From NCBI GenBank assembly GCA_012862495.1, contig BLSG01000102.1:9447-73446 (forward strand): a stretch of DNA of 64,000 bases. Direction: 5' to 3'. Both the position numbers and the translations under genes were made by a program. Below are positions 49,220-60,024 of this stretch, in pieces (the stretch's first letter is position 1; the number at the start of each line of letters is the position of its first letter). The DNA is from Thraustochytrium aureum. Its lineage: Eukaryota. The notes under the pieces were generated by a model. It was not told the origin of the DNA and did no database searches. It saw nothing but the letters and a program-made list of their open reading frames with translations.

Positions 49220-51181
49220 TCACTTCACGTGGCCGTGCTTTGCCGATTTCGGACTCTCTGCAACAACCTCGGCATAGCTGCGCAGCTGGCTCTCGATGCG
49301 GGCGATCTGCTCGTCGTCATGCGAGATCCACAGCACTGCGGTGGCTTGTTCGCGCACGAGCTGCTCGACGCTATGCTCGACCTGAAGCTTGGTGGACATG
49401 TCGAGCGCCGACGTGGACTCGTCGAGGAGCAGGACTTTGGGGCGCGATGCCATTGCGAGCGCGACGATCACACGCTGCGCCTCGCCGCCCGAGAGCTCCT
49501 TCCACTCCTTGTCGATACTGCCCCGCATCATGCCCCAGGTGGAGAGCAGCCTGTTGGTGTCATCCACCATTTCCTGAAAGGTGGGGGCGTCGAGCGCGGT
49601 GCGGTTCACGGCGAGACTTGTGATCAGCCGCACATAGTCGCGCGGCGTCCCTGGCGTATCCACCTTGTACTGGGTCACGTAGCGCACCTTTTGGCGCCAG
49701 GCGCACATGGAGGGGAACGCAGACCGCGGCTTGCCGTTGAGGCGGATCTCGCCACTATCCAGAGGCACCAGGCCGGCCAAGCTCCGAAGGAGCTGGCTCT
49801 TGCCGCAGCCCGACGGGCCCGTGACGACCGCGACCTCGCCCTTGCCAAGGCGAAAGCTGTAGTTTGTGAAAAGGTTGCGCCGCATCGCGCTCGCAGGGTC
49901 GCTACCAACAGGCNNNNNNNNNNNNNNNNNNNNNNNNNNNNNNNNNNNNNNNNNNNNNNNNNNNNNNNNNNNNNNNNNNNNNNNNNNNNNNNNNNNNNNN
50001 NNNNNNNNNNNNNNNNNNNNNNNNNNNNNNNNNNNNNNNNNNNNNNNNNNNNNNNNNNNNNNNNNNNNNNNNNNNNNNNNNNNNNNNNNNNNNNNNNNNN
50101 NNNNNNNNNNNNNNNNNNNNNNNNNNNNNNNNNNNNNNNNNNNNNNNNNNNNNNNNNNNNNNNNNNNNNNNNNNNNNNNNNNNNNNNNNNNNNNNNNNGT
50201 TGCAGGCCGGGGGCTTGAGCCCCCCTCGCCGACCTCGGCGTCTACCGTGGCCGCCACCGGCCTGTACCCATCCATTATTGCGCACCAGTAGTTGCAGAGC
50301 AGGCAGCACGTGTTGGCCACAATCGACACGAGGTGCTCCTTGGGCGACTTTGCCTTCGCCACAGCGCGCTTGACAAAGACGTCCTGGCGCAACTGGTGCG
50401 AGTCGTTGAACGCAACGCCCATGACGATGAGAAAGATCGTCAGGATGGACCCGAACCCGCACACCGCAATCAGGTACATGATGAGCATTTGGTACCGCGC
50501 GGCGACGTCCGGGGAGCTCCCGCCCAGCACCTGACCGGTCATCATGCCCGGGATGCTGATCAGGCCGATCACCGCCATGCTGTTAATCGTCGGCATCGTC
50601 CCCACCTTGACGCATTCGCGCAACAGGCGGGCACTGGCCTCGTAGCGCGTCGCGCCAAAGCTCAGCAGAAGCTCCACCTCGCTGCGCTGCTCCACGAAAG
50701 CGGTCATCAGCGCGTTGAGGGAGAGCGAGATGCCCGTGATCACGTTCCCGAACAGCATCCCGCAGATCGGGATCACGTACTGCGGGTCGAGCGGGTTGGC
50801 GGGCCGAATCACCACGCCAAACGCAAAGGCGGACACGGCCGCGACGTTGAGCAAGATGGCGATGAACACGGCCCAGAACTGGCCGCGAAAGCCGTACTTG
50901 GGCCTCGACGAGCACTCTCGCGAGGCCAGGATCACCATCAAGAGCACATACAGGAGCACGACCCACCAGTGCTTTTGGCCCTGCACAAAAATCGGCTTGA
51001 GCACATACCCAAGTATTGCCAGCTGCACGAACGTCCTGACCGACGACACGACAATGTCGCTCACCAGCCCAAGGTCCAGCGCCCACGACGCGGCGCACAC
51101 CAGCAGAAGCGGCGTCATGCTGACGAGCACCATCTCGTTCGGCACGTCCACGAGCCCATCGCTCCCTACGCTCGACGCCAT
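49220..51181 (-). CDS. Fused FetB/YbbM (UPF0014, ALS3/STAR2-like) permease + FetA/YbbL (STAR1-like) ABC ATPase
   Basis: Permease: RTFVQLAILGYVL, PQYVIPICGMLFGN, GLISIPGMMTGQVLGG.SP..AARYQ; ATPase: GPSGCGKS, LSGGEAQR, LLLDESTSALD, ISHD. Joined across a 285-N gap. Confidence 0.85.
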   Translation of the reverse strand: MASSVGSDGLVDVPNEMVLVSMTPLLLVCAASWALDLGLVSDIVVSSVRTFVQLAILGYVLKPIFVQGQKHWWVVLLYVLLMVILASRECSSRPKYGFRGQFWAVFIAILLNVAAVSAFAFGVVIRPANPLDPQYVIPICGMLFGNVITGISLSLNALMTAFVEQRSEVELLLSFGATRYEASARLLRECVKVGTMPTINSMAVIGLISIPGMMTGQVLGGSSPDVAARYQMLIMYLIAVCGFGSILTIFLIVMGVAFNDSHQLRQDVFVKRAVAKAKSPKEHLVSIVANTCCLLCNYWCAIMDGYRPVAATVDAEVGEGGSSPRPAXXXXXXXXXXXXXXXXXXXXXXXXXXXXXXXXXXXXXXXXXXXXXXXXXXXXXXXXXXXXXXXXXXXXXXXXXXXXXXXXXXXXXXXXXXXXXXXXPVGSDPASAMRRNLFTNYSFRLGKGEVAVVTGPSGCGKSQLLRSLAGLVPLDSGEIRLNGKPRSAFPSMCAWRQKVRYVTQYKVDTPGTPRDYVRLITSLAVNRTALDAPTFQEMVDDTNRLLSTWGMMRGSIDKEWKELSGGEAQRVIVALAMASRPKVLLLDESTSALDMSTKLQVEHSVEQLVREQATAVLWISHDDEQIARIESQLRSYAEVVAESPKSAKHGHVK

Positions 51182-51615
51182 CGCGGGCACGGCGCAAGGC
51201 TTCCAATCCTGGCCCCAACAAACCAACCAAACAAACAAACAAACAACAAACAACAATCAAACAATCGTTCCAGCCGCCCGTCCCGCGCCACGCCCTGCGC
51301 CACGCCCTCCCTCCCTCCCGCCCTCGCGCGTCGTTCGCGATGTTGGGGCTCTGCACTGCCGGCAACTGCGCTCCTCTGTTCGCCCCCAAAACCGCCCTGT
51401 CCCTCACCTCAGCCTCTATCCGCGCCAATTAATCCACCGTATCTTCACTCTATGAAAATTGCGCGTCGAGAATGCTCAAAAGTAAAAGATGGTCAGGAAA
51501 CGCGGTTTTTGTTCATAGGGATGCGTACCGGAGACCGTAACGGAACCTCGCCGGAGTGGAACAGAACGCTGGCAGAGCCCTAACGGGACGCGGGAAGACT
51601 GGAAGGGGACGGGAC

Positions 51616-51925
51616 GCGGCTCTGCGGCGACGACGCGCCGGCGGCAGCACTTGCTCGAGTCCATTCGTGGCTCTGCGGCGACGACGCGCCGGCGGCCGCA
51701 CTTGCTCAAGTCCATTTGTGGCTCTGCGGCAACGACGCACAGGCGGCCGCACTTGCTCAAGTCCATTCGTGGCTCTGCGGCAACGCGCACAGGCGGCCGC
51801 ATTTTGCAGGTGGCTCTGTGCGAACGACGCATTGGCAGCCGCATTTTTCNCCAGATTGTCCGCGGCTCTGCGGCAACGACGCGTCGGCCGGCAGGCCATT
51901 TTCCATCTCTGGCGGCTCTGCGGGG
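51616..51925. repeat. ~51-bp minisatellite, ~6 degenerating copies (core GGCTCTGCGGCRACGACGC)
   Basis: Units start near 51616, 51667, 51718, 51769, 51810, 51862 and 51912. Confidence 0.9.
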
Positions 51926-52025
51926 CGACTGCGCTTGCTGGGGACTGCTAGCAGCTTTGTGCGGCAGCCGCACTCGCTCGTTTTGTGGCACGGCTAGAGG
52001 TGCCGGGGCGGGATTGCCCTGGAAA

Positions 52026-53671
52026 ATGGCGCGCGTGGCTCGGGCTGCTTTGACGCTCGTACTGGCACTTGGCGCGGTCGCTGGGCACAAGCCACGCGGG
52101 ACGGGCAAGCATGAAATGACGATGGAGAGACGCGATGACGAAGAGGCTGGGTTTGCTGCGTTGGTCGAGGATGGGGATTGGGAGAAGGATGTGTTTGAGG
52201 TCGAGTTCAGGACGGCCGGCCCGCTCGGCATGCAGTTCGACGGCAAGCTGTGCGTGATGGGGTTTCAAGCGGTTGGTGGGAGCGGCAAACTGGGCTACGC
52301 AGAGAAGTCTGGGCTCATTCACATCGGGGACAGGCTCGTCGCTGTGAACGGCGACGCCGTGGATGAGCTCAGAACGAGCGACGCGTTCCAAGTGCTGCAA
52401 GAAGCCGCGCAGGCCAGCGCGCAGAGCGGCACGCCACGCCGATTCAGGTTCAGGCGAGGCGAAGGGTCCGGCTCTGTGCGCCAACTCTCGGAGCATGCGG
52501 CGGCCGTGGCAAGTGGCAAGCTTGAGCACATGGACGTCTTCGGGTTTTCAAACGAGGAGATACCTGTGCACGCGATGCTTGCGGAGGGGCTAGGCGTGGC
52601 GCCAAAGGACTGCACGGTGCGGCCGCTGGTATTTGTCGAGCCGAGCACAGGGTGTGCCGACAGCCTGGACACGCCCCCAGCAAAGCTGAAAGGCGCCTTT
52701 GCTGTGGTTTGGCGCGGCGAGTGCTCGTTCCACAGCAAGGCGCTCCACCTGCAAAACTACGGCGCGGCAGGCGTGATTGTGGTAAACTCGGAGGACCGCC
52801 TCTTCCGTATGCGCATGGAAGACGCGCTTGACAATGAGGTAAACATTCCCCTTGCTCTGATTTCGCGGCCTGACGGGGAGGCTCTCTTTCAGATGCAAGA
52901 GCACCACGCTCGCGACCTTAGCCGGCACCTAAAGGCCAGGTTAGTTGCCACGCAAGACTGCTTTGCGCTCGAGGAGCGCGAGGAGGCCATGCGCGAGGCG
53001 AAATCGTCCCTTTCGCGCGAGTACTTGCAGAGCAGTGGGCTCGAGGGCGAGGAGCGCGAGACGATGCAGGTACGCCATCGTCTTTATTTGGTGTATTGGC
53101 GCCAGCGGGTCGCTTGCATATTGTGGGCGACGAGGCGGCAAGCTTTGACTTCCTTTCTGCTCAGTTCAGCGGCCCGCTTCCGCTGGGCTTGCCCATGGGG
53201 CTGCGATCAAGCATGATCAGGGCCAGCACGGTGGATGCTGTCGTTGTGCGCGACTGGGACGCCGGCAACCTTGCGCCGCTGCTTTCTCTGCTGGAGCAGG
53301 CTGAGCGTGACGGCCCGCCAGCGTGCGTCGTGGTCGTCTCGCGCAACACGTCTATCTGGCAGCTTGCCGGCCCTCTTCCGAGTCCATTCAAGATCTCTGT
53401 CGTGATGGTGTCGCAGCGCGCCGGTGGGCGCCTCGCAGAGGCCCAACGGCGGGGCGAGTCCATCCGGCTGGAGGCACTGCACAATGTCAAGCACCGGTGG
53501 GACGAGCTGCACAAGCTCGCATCAGCGGTCGGTCATGGCGCGCTCGATGCGAAGATGCGCACGCGCCTCGCAGCTCGATTCGGCAAGCGAATGACATCGC
53601 ACAACGGTGACCGGCACGTCTCGTCGTGCTGGACAGAGCACTTTGACGCGAGTCTTCGCTCGCTCCAATAG
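52026..53671 (+). CDS. Secreted PDZ + protease-associated (PA) domain protein
   Basis: Signal peptide; PDZ-like GPLGMQF..AEKSGLIHIGDRLVAVNG; PA domain P..GC..LKG.FAVVWRGECSFHSKAL..Q..GAAGVIVVN..IPLALIS; second degenerate PA-like region after a frameshift near 53060. Confidence 0.75.
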
Positions 53672-53820
53672 CCCAACTTTCCCTCGCCCCGCCCTCTTCC
53701 AGAGCTTTAGCACTCTCTGCACTACGAGAGCCTTCTGCCGGCGGTTTGGCGGCGAGACGGGCGATAAACTGTGTTTTTGTGTCGTTGCCAATAAGTGCGC
53801 CTTGCCCGCGCTCGCGGCCC

Positions 53821-55957
53821 TCAGAGCTTGGTCCCGTCAGCGTTGCGTCCGAAAGCATCGGTTAGCCCTTCGCCCGCTTTCTGCTTCTTGCTGGGCGGCT
53901 CGGAGCGCAGCAGGCTTTCCACGTTGCTTGTGCAATGCGTCGCCAGGACGTGCGCCACGCAGCACGAGAGCTTGCCGGAAAACTCGATGTGCAGGAACTC
54001 GTTGGGACTGCGCCGGGCCGAGCGAGCGCTGTAAGTTTTCGCAGGTGTCGCGCGGGTCACTGCGATTTGTACCCTTAGCGCCGCCGCCTGCAAACCGAAC
54101 ACACGAGCCGTACTTACCCGTGGGCGTTGCTACCCGGTCCGAGGCACCCGATGATGAAAAACTGGGCCTGCGGGAACATCTCTCCGAGCATGCCCATGAA
54201 CGGGATGCTGCGCGCGTGCAATGCTAGCGTCAGCAAGCGAGCACGCAAGCAAAGGGGCCAAGCCGCAGGAGCGAGTACGACGAGCAAACGGGCTCCTTCC
54301 GCGAGGCGAATTCGACGCGACAGGGGCCATGCTCGTACCAGCGAGCGAGCGAGCAAACAAGCATGCAAACAAGCGTGATGCAACGTACGAGCCCCCCTCG
54401 CCCATGTACATGGCGCCCTTGCCAAAGTAAGCCTTGGAGGCCTCTTCCGCGGCCGCCTCGAGCCACGGCGCAACAGGCGGGGCCGCCCAGCCGCGACCTA
54501 TCTTGCCCGCATTGAAGCTTGCTTTGGCGTTGTAGGGCACGTCCTTGGTAAAAAGGCCTGTGAGCGTCCCGACCACGTTGGCCGTGTCTAGCGTCGGCGG
54601 GAGCCGGATGCTGAGCGCGAGCGTGGTAGAGGGGCGCAGCACGTTGCCGGCCGCTCCAGCGGGCGGGAGACCGTCAGCGCCGACCACGGCCAGCTGCGGG
54701 CGCCACCAGCGGTTGAGCGCGAGCTCTGCAAGCCGGTCCTTGCCCTCTGGTACTTGGACAGGAAGGCCGCCGTCGAGAAACGGAAAACAGTTCACCATGC
54801 CGGCCTCCCCAAGTACGGCGGCAGCCTTGGCAACTTGCTCGCGGACCTTGTCCGGGATCTCTGCGTGGAGCTCGGGCGGGACGATCTCACCGGTCTCGAC
54901 GTCTTCGAGGCGGTCCAGGAGGTGGCGCGCAATGCGAAACGTGTCGGGAATGACGCCGGAGCCGTCGCCCGAGTGGACGCCCTCCGAGGTGAGCTCGACG
55001 TGGAGCTTGCCAACGCAAACGCCGCGGAGGCTGTTGGTGACCCAGAGCTGCTCGTAGTTGCCGCAGCCCGAGTCGAGACAGACGACGAGGTTTGGGGTCC
55101 CGATGCGGTGTTTCAATAGGTTGATGTAAAAGGGCAGATCCGGGCTTCCAGACTCTTCGCACGCCTCGATGATCACTACGCAGCGACCGTGTGGGACGCC
55201 TTGCTCTTGCAGCGCGCGAATGGCGGTGATCGCGCAAAACGCCGCGTAGCCGTCGTCGGCGCCGCCGCGACCGTAGAGCTTGCCGTCCTTGATGACAGGT
55301 TCGTACGGAGCCAGCCCCGCGCGCCATCCGGTGAAGGGCGGCTGCTTGTCCATGTGCCCGTAGAGGAGGACAGTCCCGACCTGAGATAGATCTACGCCGT
55401 CTGTGGGAGCCACCTCAACATACAGGAGGGGTGTTCGCTCGTCCTCTGTGTAAAGGTCGACCACCATGTTTTTCACGGGCTGGGCGCGGACCCAGTTCTC
55501 GATGAGCGCCATGGCCTTGTCTTGGTTCTCTGTTGGGGTGGGCAAGCAGAGGGCGGGGGTTAGCTTTGGCTCTCTCTCGCCTTGATCTNNNNNNNNNNNN
55601 NNNNNNNNNNNNNNNNNNNNNNNNNNNNNNNNNNNNNNNNNNNNNNNNNNNNNNNNNNNNNNNNNNNNNNNNNNNNNNNNNNNNNNNNNNNNNNNNNNNN
55701 NNNNNNNNNNNNNNNNNNNNNNNNNNNNNNNNNNNNNNNNNNNNNNNNNNAGAGAGAGAGAGAGCTTGTCGTCGAGAGAGAAGCACAACGGGTCGGGTCT
55801 GCACCGCGCACCTTCACTTACCCTTGTCCACCATGTTGTCTGGGGTCGTGAAGAACGGCGACACGTTGGGGATGCGAACATATTCTTCAAGCTTGGGGAT
55901 GCATTCTGTGCTCCACTTGTCGAGCACAAACGCCTCGATCTGCTCCGCGTCAACCAT
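53821..55957 (-). CDS. Peptidase family M20 (dipeptidase-like metallopeptidase), 3 introns
   Basis: YVRIPNVSP, LLYGHMDKQP, LYGRGGADDG, EACEESGS, HSG, GEGGS|IPF, GPGSNAHG|PNEFL. Confidence 0.93.
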
Positions 55958-56654
55958 CTCGCAGCCCAGCGCCTCGAATCGCGTCCCGCGCAACAAGCAA
56001 GAGCAAGCACGCAGGCAGGCAGGCAGGCAGGCAGGAAAGCAAGCAAACGGCCAGCCAGAAACCCCGCTCGACAAGCAGGTACCACGCGGCGCCGTCGATG
56101 CCAGCAGCCCGTTGCGGCTCTGCGAGGCCCGCGTCCCGCACAGAACAACCAGGGCAGCAACTTTGTGGCCATTTTATATTGAACTTCAATACTCATACCC
56201 CAACCCAGTATCCCAATGGATATTGAATTTTCAGCCCCTACCTACCCACCACAAAGAGCAGTGTTCTTGAAAAACTCCAACTTTCTTTAGATACTAAAAT
56301 TCAAGAAACAGCAATGAAACTCAAGCTTTGAAAATCTTGATTATCCATGGTGTCACTAGTGGGTTAACTCCATTTGAATATGAAAATTCAATATTATTAT
56401 TCCGAAGAACAAAGGGAGCGAAAGGAACGATGAGGAGGATGAGCGGCGTTCATCCGTCGATCGAGAGCAGACCGAACACGAAGTACACGCACGAGACTCG
56501 CTCGCGCTGCGGTGGGCTTGCGTGCGTTCGTGCGCGGGTGCGTGTGGCGCGAGAAGGGCTGCGGCCGCGGCTTGGCTTGGCTTGCTTTGGGCAGAGCCCG
56601 AAAACGTAACCGTTTGTTCCGTGCCAAGCAAGAGGCACAACGCGAGGTTTTGAG

Positions 56655-57619
56655 ATGGCGTCGAGGCTTGGGCTCGGCGCTCGCGCGCGGCTTCGCGGCT
56701 TCGCGTGCGGCTCGAGTGGTCGCGGGGCCGCGGTGGGCGCCCGCGCAGGCGGCGAAGGAGGCGTGGATTGGCGGCCGCGGGGGTGCCGCGGTGAGGAGGC
56801 TCTCGGATGGGCCCGGCGGGGACCAGAGCCCGCAGGTCGTCGAGATGAACCACCGCGTCGTCTGCTCGCTCAAGATTACTGATCCGACGTCGGGCAAGGT
56901 GCTGGTGAATACAGAGGACGAGGGCGGATCGCCGGTGACTTTTATGGTTGGCCAGGGCCAAGTGATCCCCGGGCTCGAGAACCGCATGGAAGGCATGCGC
57001 AAGGGCGAGTCGTGGACCGCGATTTTGGAGCCCAAGGAAGCGTTCGGGTTTCGCCTTGAAGAAAGGGTGATCAAGATCCCGCTGCGACTTCACCCCGAGT
57101 CTGGAGACGTCGTCGAGAAGGTCCCCGAGGCGGGCCAGATCGTGCAGCTCACGGACGGCTCGTTCGGCAGGGTGGTCGGCGTCGCAGACAACAAGGTGGA
57201 AATCGACACCAATCACGAGTTTGCTGACCGCTCCATCGAGGTTGCTGTGACCCTGCTCGACATCGAGGCCGACAGCACAGCGTTCTCTGGGGTCCAGGTC
57301 AAGACGCTGTCGCCCGGCGATGGCATCACCGTTCCGAAGAACGGCGACCAGGTTGCGGTGCACTACGTTGGCATGCTGGCGAGCGACGGCAAGGTCTTTG
57401 ACAAGTCCTCGCCGGGACGGCCGATCGAGTTCAAGCTCGGCGCAGGCCGCGTTATCCGGGGCTGGGACGAGGGCATCGCCCGGCTCACGCTCGGCGAGCG
57501 CGCGCGCCTGTTCATCGCGTCCGACTTTGCCTACGGGGCAGAGGGGGCCGGCAATGGCCTGATTCCGCCGAACGCCAACCTCGTCTTTGAAGTGGAACTT
57601 GTCAAGGTGAACGGCATCG
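56655..57619 (+). CDS. FKBP-type peptidyl-prolyl isomerase: putative mitochondrial presequence + SlyD-like domain + FKBP12-like domain
   Basis: FMVGQGQVIPGLE..LEPKEAFG..DTNHEFAD (SlyD type) then GVQVKTLSPGDG..VHYVG.L..G..FD..VIRGWDEG..AYG..IPPNANLVFEVEL; frameshift just after the ATG; runs into gap. Confidence 0.9.
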
Positions 57620-57919
57620 NNNNNNNNNNNNNNNNNNNNNNNNNNNNNNNNNNNNNNNNNNNNNNNNNNNNNNNNNNNNNNNNNNNNNNNNNNNNNNNNN
57701 NNNNNNNNNNNNNNNNNNNNNNNNNNNNNNNNNNNNNNNNNNNNNNNNNNNNNNNNNNNNNNNNNNNNNNNNNNNNNNNNNNNNNNNNNNNNNNNNNNNN
57801 NNNNNNNNNNNNNNNNNNNNNNNNNNNNNNNNNNNNNNNNNNNNNNNNNNNNNNNNNNNNNNNNNNNNNNNNNNNNNNNNNNNNNNNNNNNNNNNNNNNN
57901 NNNNNNNNNNNNNNAGTAG

Positions 57920-58657
57920 CTAGATCTGCTCCAGCGGTCCGTCCTCTGAGCGGAAGCTGAACGACTTGGAGGCTGGCCGCGTTGCGCGGCCGACGACCGG
58001 GTCTGGCACGAGGGCGCGCAGAGGCGGCAGCGGGTTGGCTCGCGTGTGTTTTGCGAAAGCGACGCAAGAAACCGCTGCCCACCCAACAACTCCAGAAAGG
58101 AGCGAGACCAAATACCAGTCAGCGGTGAAGGAAGGAGTGAGCCAGCGCTCGCTTGCGTGCACCCGCGACTCGACCTTTGCGACGAGGAAGGCTGTCACTG
58201 CCGTCAACGTCAGGCCGGCGACCGAGTTGATCCACGCTAAGCCGAGCACGATTGCCGCGATGTGCGGCTCCTTCGGTCGGCACATGCATGACGACGCACT
58301 CAGCGCGCAAACCTCTGGCCCACCACAGTCGAGCCCGCAGAGGTTCTCGCAACACTCGTTCTGCGCAACGAGAAAACCGTGCTGCGTTTCAGCCGCGGCC
58401 GACCGGTGGCAGCTCAGCTTTGTGTTCTGCTCGTCCAGGCCGCGGTCGTCGTGGTCGTCGATGCCGCCGAGCCGGCGGGTACGCGGCGCATGCCCGCCAA
58501 CCGCGTAGGCCTGCCACTCTGCAAGTGTGACAAGCGCGTTTTCGGCTGCCCCGCGCAGCTCCAGCCCGCTGTTCTGCGCGGCAGTTGCCTCGGAGAGCTG
58601 CGCCACGGCCGCAAGCACGAGCCCAACGCACGCGCGTCGCCGCGACAGCGCCTTCAT
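57920..58657 (-). CDS. Hypothetical Cys-rich membrane protein (signal peptide, 8-Cys module, 2 TM), paralogue A
   Basis: Intact 245-aa ORF, clearly homologous to 59293..60024. Confidence 0.75.
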   Translation of the reverse strand: MKALSRRRACVGLVLAAVAQLSEATAAQNSGLELRGAAENALVTLAEWQAYAVGGHAPRTRRLGGIDDHDDRGLDEQNTKLSCHRSAAAETQHGFLVAQNECCENLCGLDCGGPEVCALSASSCMCRPKEPHIAAIVLGLAWINSVAGLTLTAVTAFLVAKVESRVHASERWLTPSFTADWYLVSLLSGVVGWAAVSCVAFAKHTRANPLPPLRALVPDPVVGRATRPASKSFSFRSEDGPLEQI

Positions 58658-59292
58658 CGCCGCCGCGAGCAGCCAAGCTTTTCCCGTTCAATGCGCCCAA
58701 GGCGCAGCAGCCCAAACTCGCAGTTGCCTTGGCCCACGCGCCGAGAAGCCACCGCAGCCGCCCGCGATACAGCCCACCAGGAAAGGAGGCACTGGCGAAG
58801 GACGGGCGCGACTTTGAGATTTTCTCGCGCGCAACCCCGGCAGCCGCTACGTAGAGTACTCGCGTCTGGTGCGCCACGGCCGCAACGCCGCGAACGGCCC
58901 CGATGCCGCCGCAGCACAATAGTGCTCGAGCGCGAAAGTGTGAGTGAAAGTGTCCGCGCCCCTTCTGGAATATAGCGGGCGCGGCGCGTTCATAACGCGC
59001 AAGGTAGAAGCGCCCGCAATTCGTTTGGCCGCGGAGGGCGCCGCATTTGCACGAATCGCGGCCGTGCAGAATGGACGTTTGGCGCGGGCGCGCCGCTGCC
59101 GCGATTGCAGTTCGAGCAGGCCCGGGCGATGCTCTGGACGCAAGCGTAGGCCTTCGAGCGACGAACGAGGATTTGAGGCACGAGCGAGGACCGTCGAACG
59201 GCGCAAGGCCGGGCCTGGCGCTGCTGGAAGGGCTGCCATAAAACAGCCAAGCGGGTGTTAAGCGCGGTCGGCCCGTCGGCGCTGGGCTTGGA

Positions 59293-60024
59293 ATGGGCAA
59301 GCGGATTAGAGTGAACGTGTGGACGGCGCTGGCCCTTGGCGCGGCTGTGGGGCTGTCAGAGTCGGCAGCCATCCGCGGTGCGCTGCCGTATGGAAGCGCG
59401 TCTGTGGAGCACGGCCGACGGCTGGCCAGCTCCGGACCAGTAGATGCGCACGGCGAGGAAGATATGTCCCCGGGCTGCTTCGAAAAGTATGCGCAAGCGA
59501 GTACGCCGGGCCGCTTTGTGACGGCAGAGCGTGGCTGCTGTTCTCAAGTGTGCGGAAAAGAGTGCAACTCCGACGAGATGTGCTTTCTTACATCGACGAC
59601 ATGCGTCTGCAGCGCAGAAGAGCCGTCCTTGGGGCCGTGGTCGCTCGAGGAGCGAGCACTATATCAGCAGCAGGTGCTCTTTCTCGCACTCGGGCTCACG
59701 ATCAATGCGGCACTCGGCATCGTCTTGACCTTTCTCTCGATCAAGTTTTTTGACAAGCGGCAGCGCGAGTTGGCCATCGCGGGACCCCCCTTGACGGCCC
59801 ACTCCAGTAACGCCTGGCTTGCGAGCGCCACGGTCCTCGGGGTGCTAGGTTGGCTCGTCGGCTTCGTGGTTCTCCGACGGCGCGTTCACCGCGGTGGTGC
59901 GGCGGACCACGAGCTTGACGCCCCGTGCAAGCGCCGCAACGTGCTGCCAAAGTTCGACCCACTGCAAGAGCCACCGACGCCCGGTTCGCCGGAGCCCCCG
60001 TCGACCGCGACGACAGTCTTCTAA
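59293..60024 (+). CDS. Hypothetical Cys-rich membrane protein (signal peptide, 8-Cys module, 2 TM), paralogue B
   Basis: Intact 243-aa ORF, clearly homologous to 57920..58657. Confidence 0.75.
   Translation: MGKRIRVNVWTALALGAAVGLSESAAIRGALPYGSASVEHGRRLASSGPVDAHGEEDMSPGCFEKYAQASTPGRFVTAERGCCSQVCGKECNSDEMCFLTSTTCVCSAEEPSLGPWSLEERALYQQQVLFLALGLTINAALGIVLTFLSIKFFDKRQRELAIAGPPLTAHSSNAWLASATVLGVLGWLVGFVVLRRRVHRGGAADHELDAPCKRRNVLPKFDPLQEPPTPGSPEPPSTATTVF

Noticed and set aside
51616..51925. CRISPR-like repeat array
   Set aside because: The sequences between cores are related copies, not unique spacers; no cas genes; eukaryotic context.
53070..53105. Possible 36-nt intron in the PDZ-PA gene
   Set aside because: Removing it does not restore the downstream frame; a single missing G near 53060 does.
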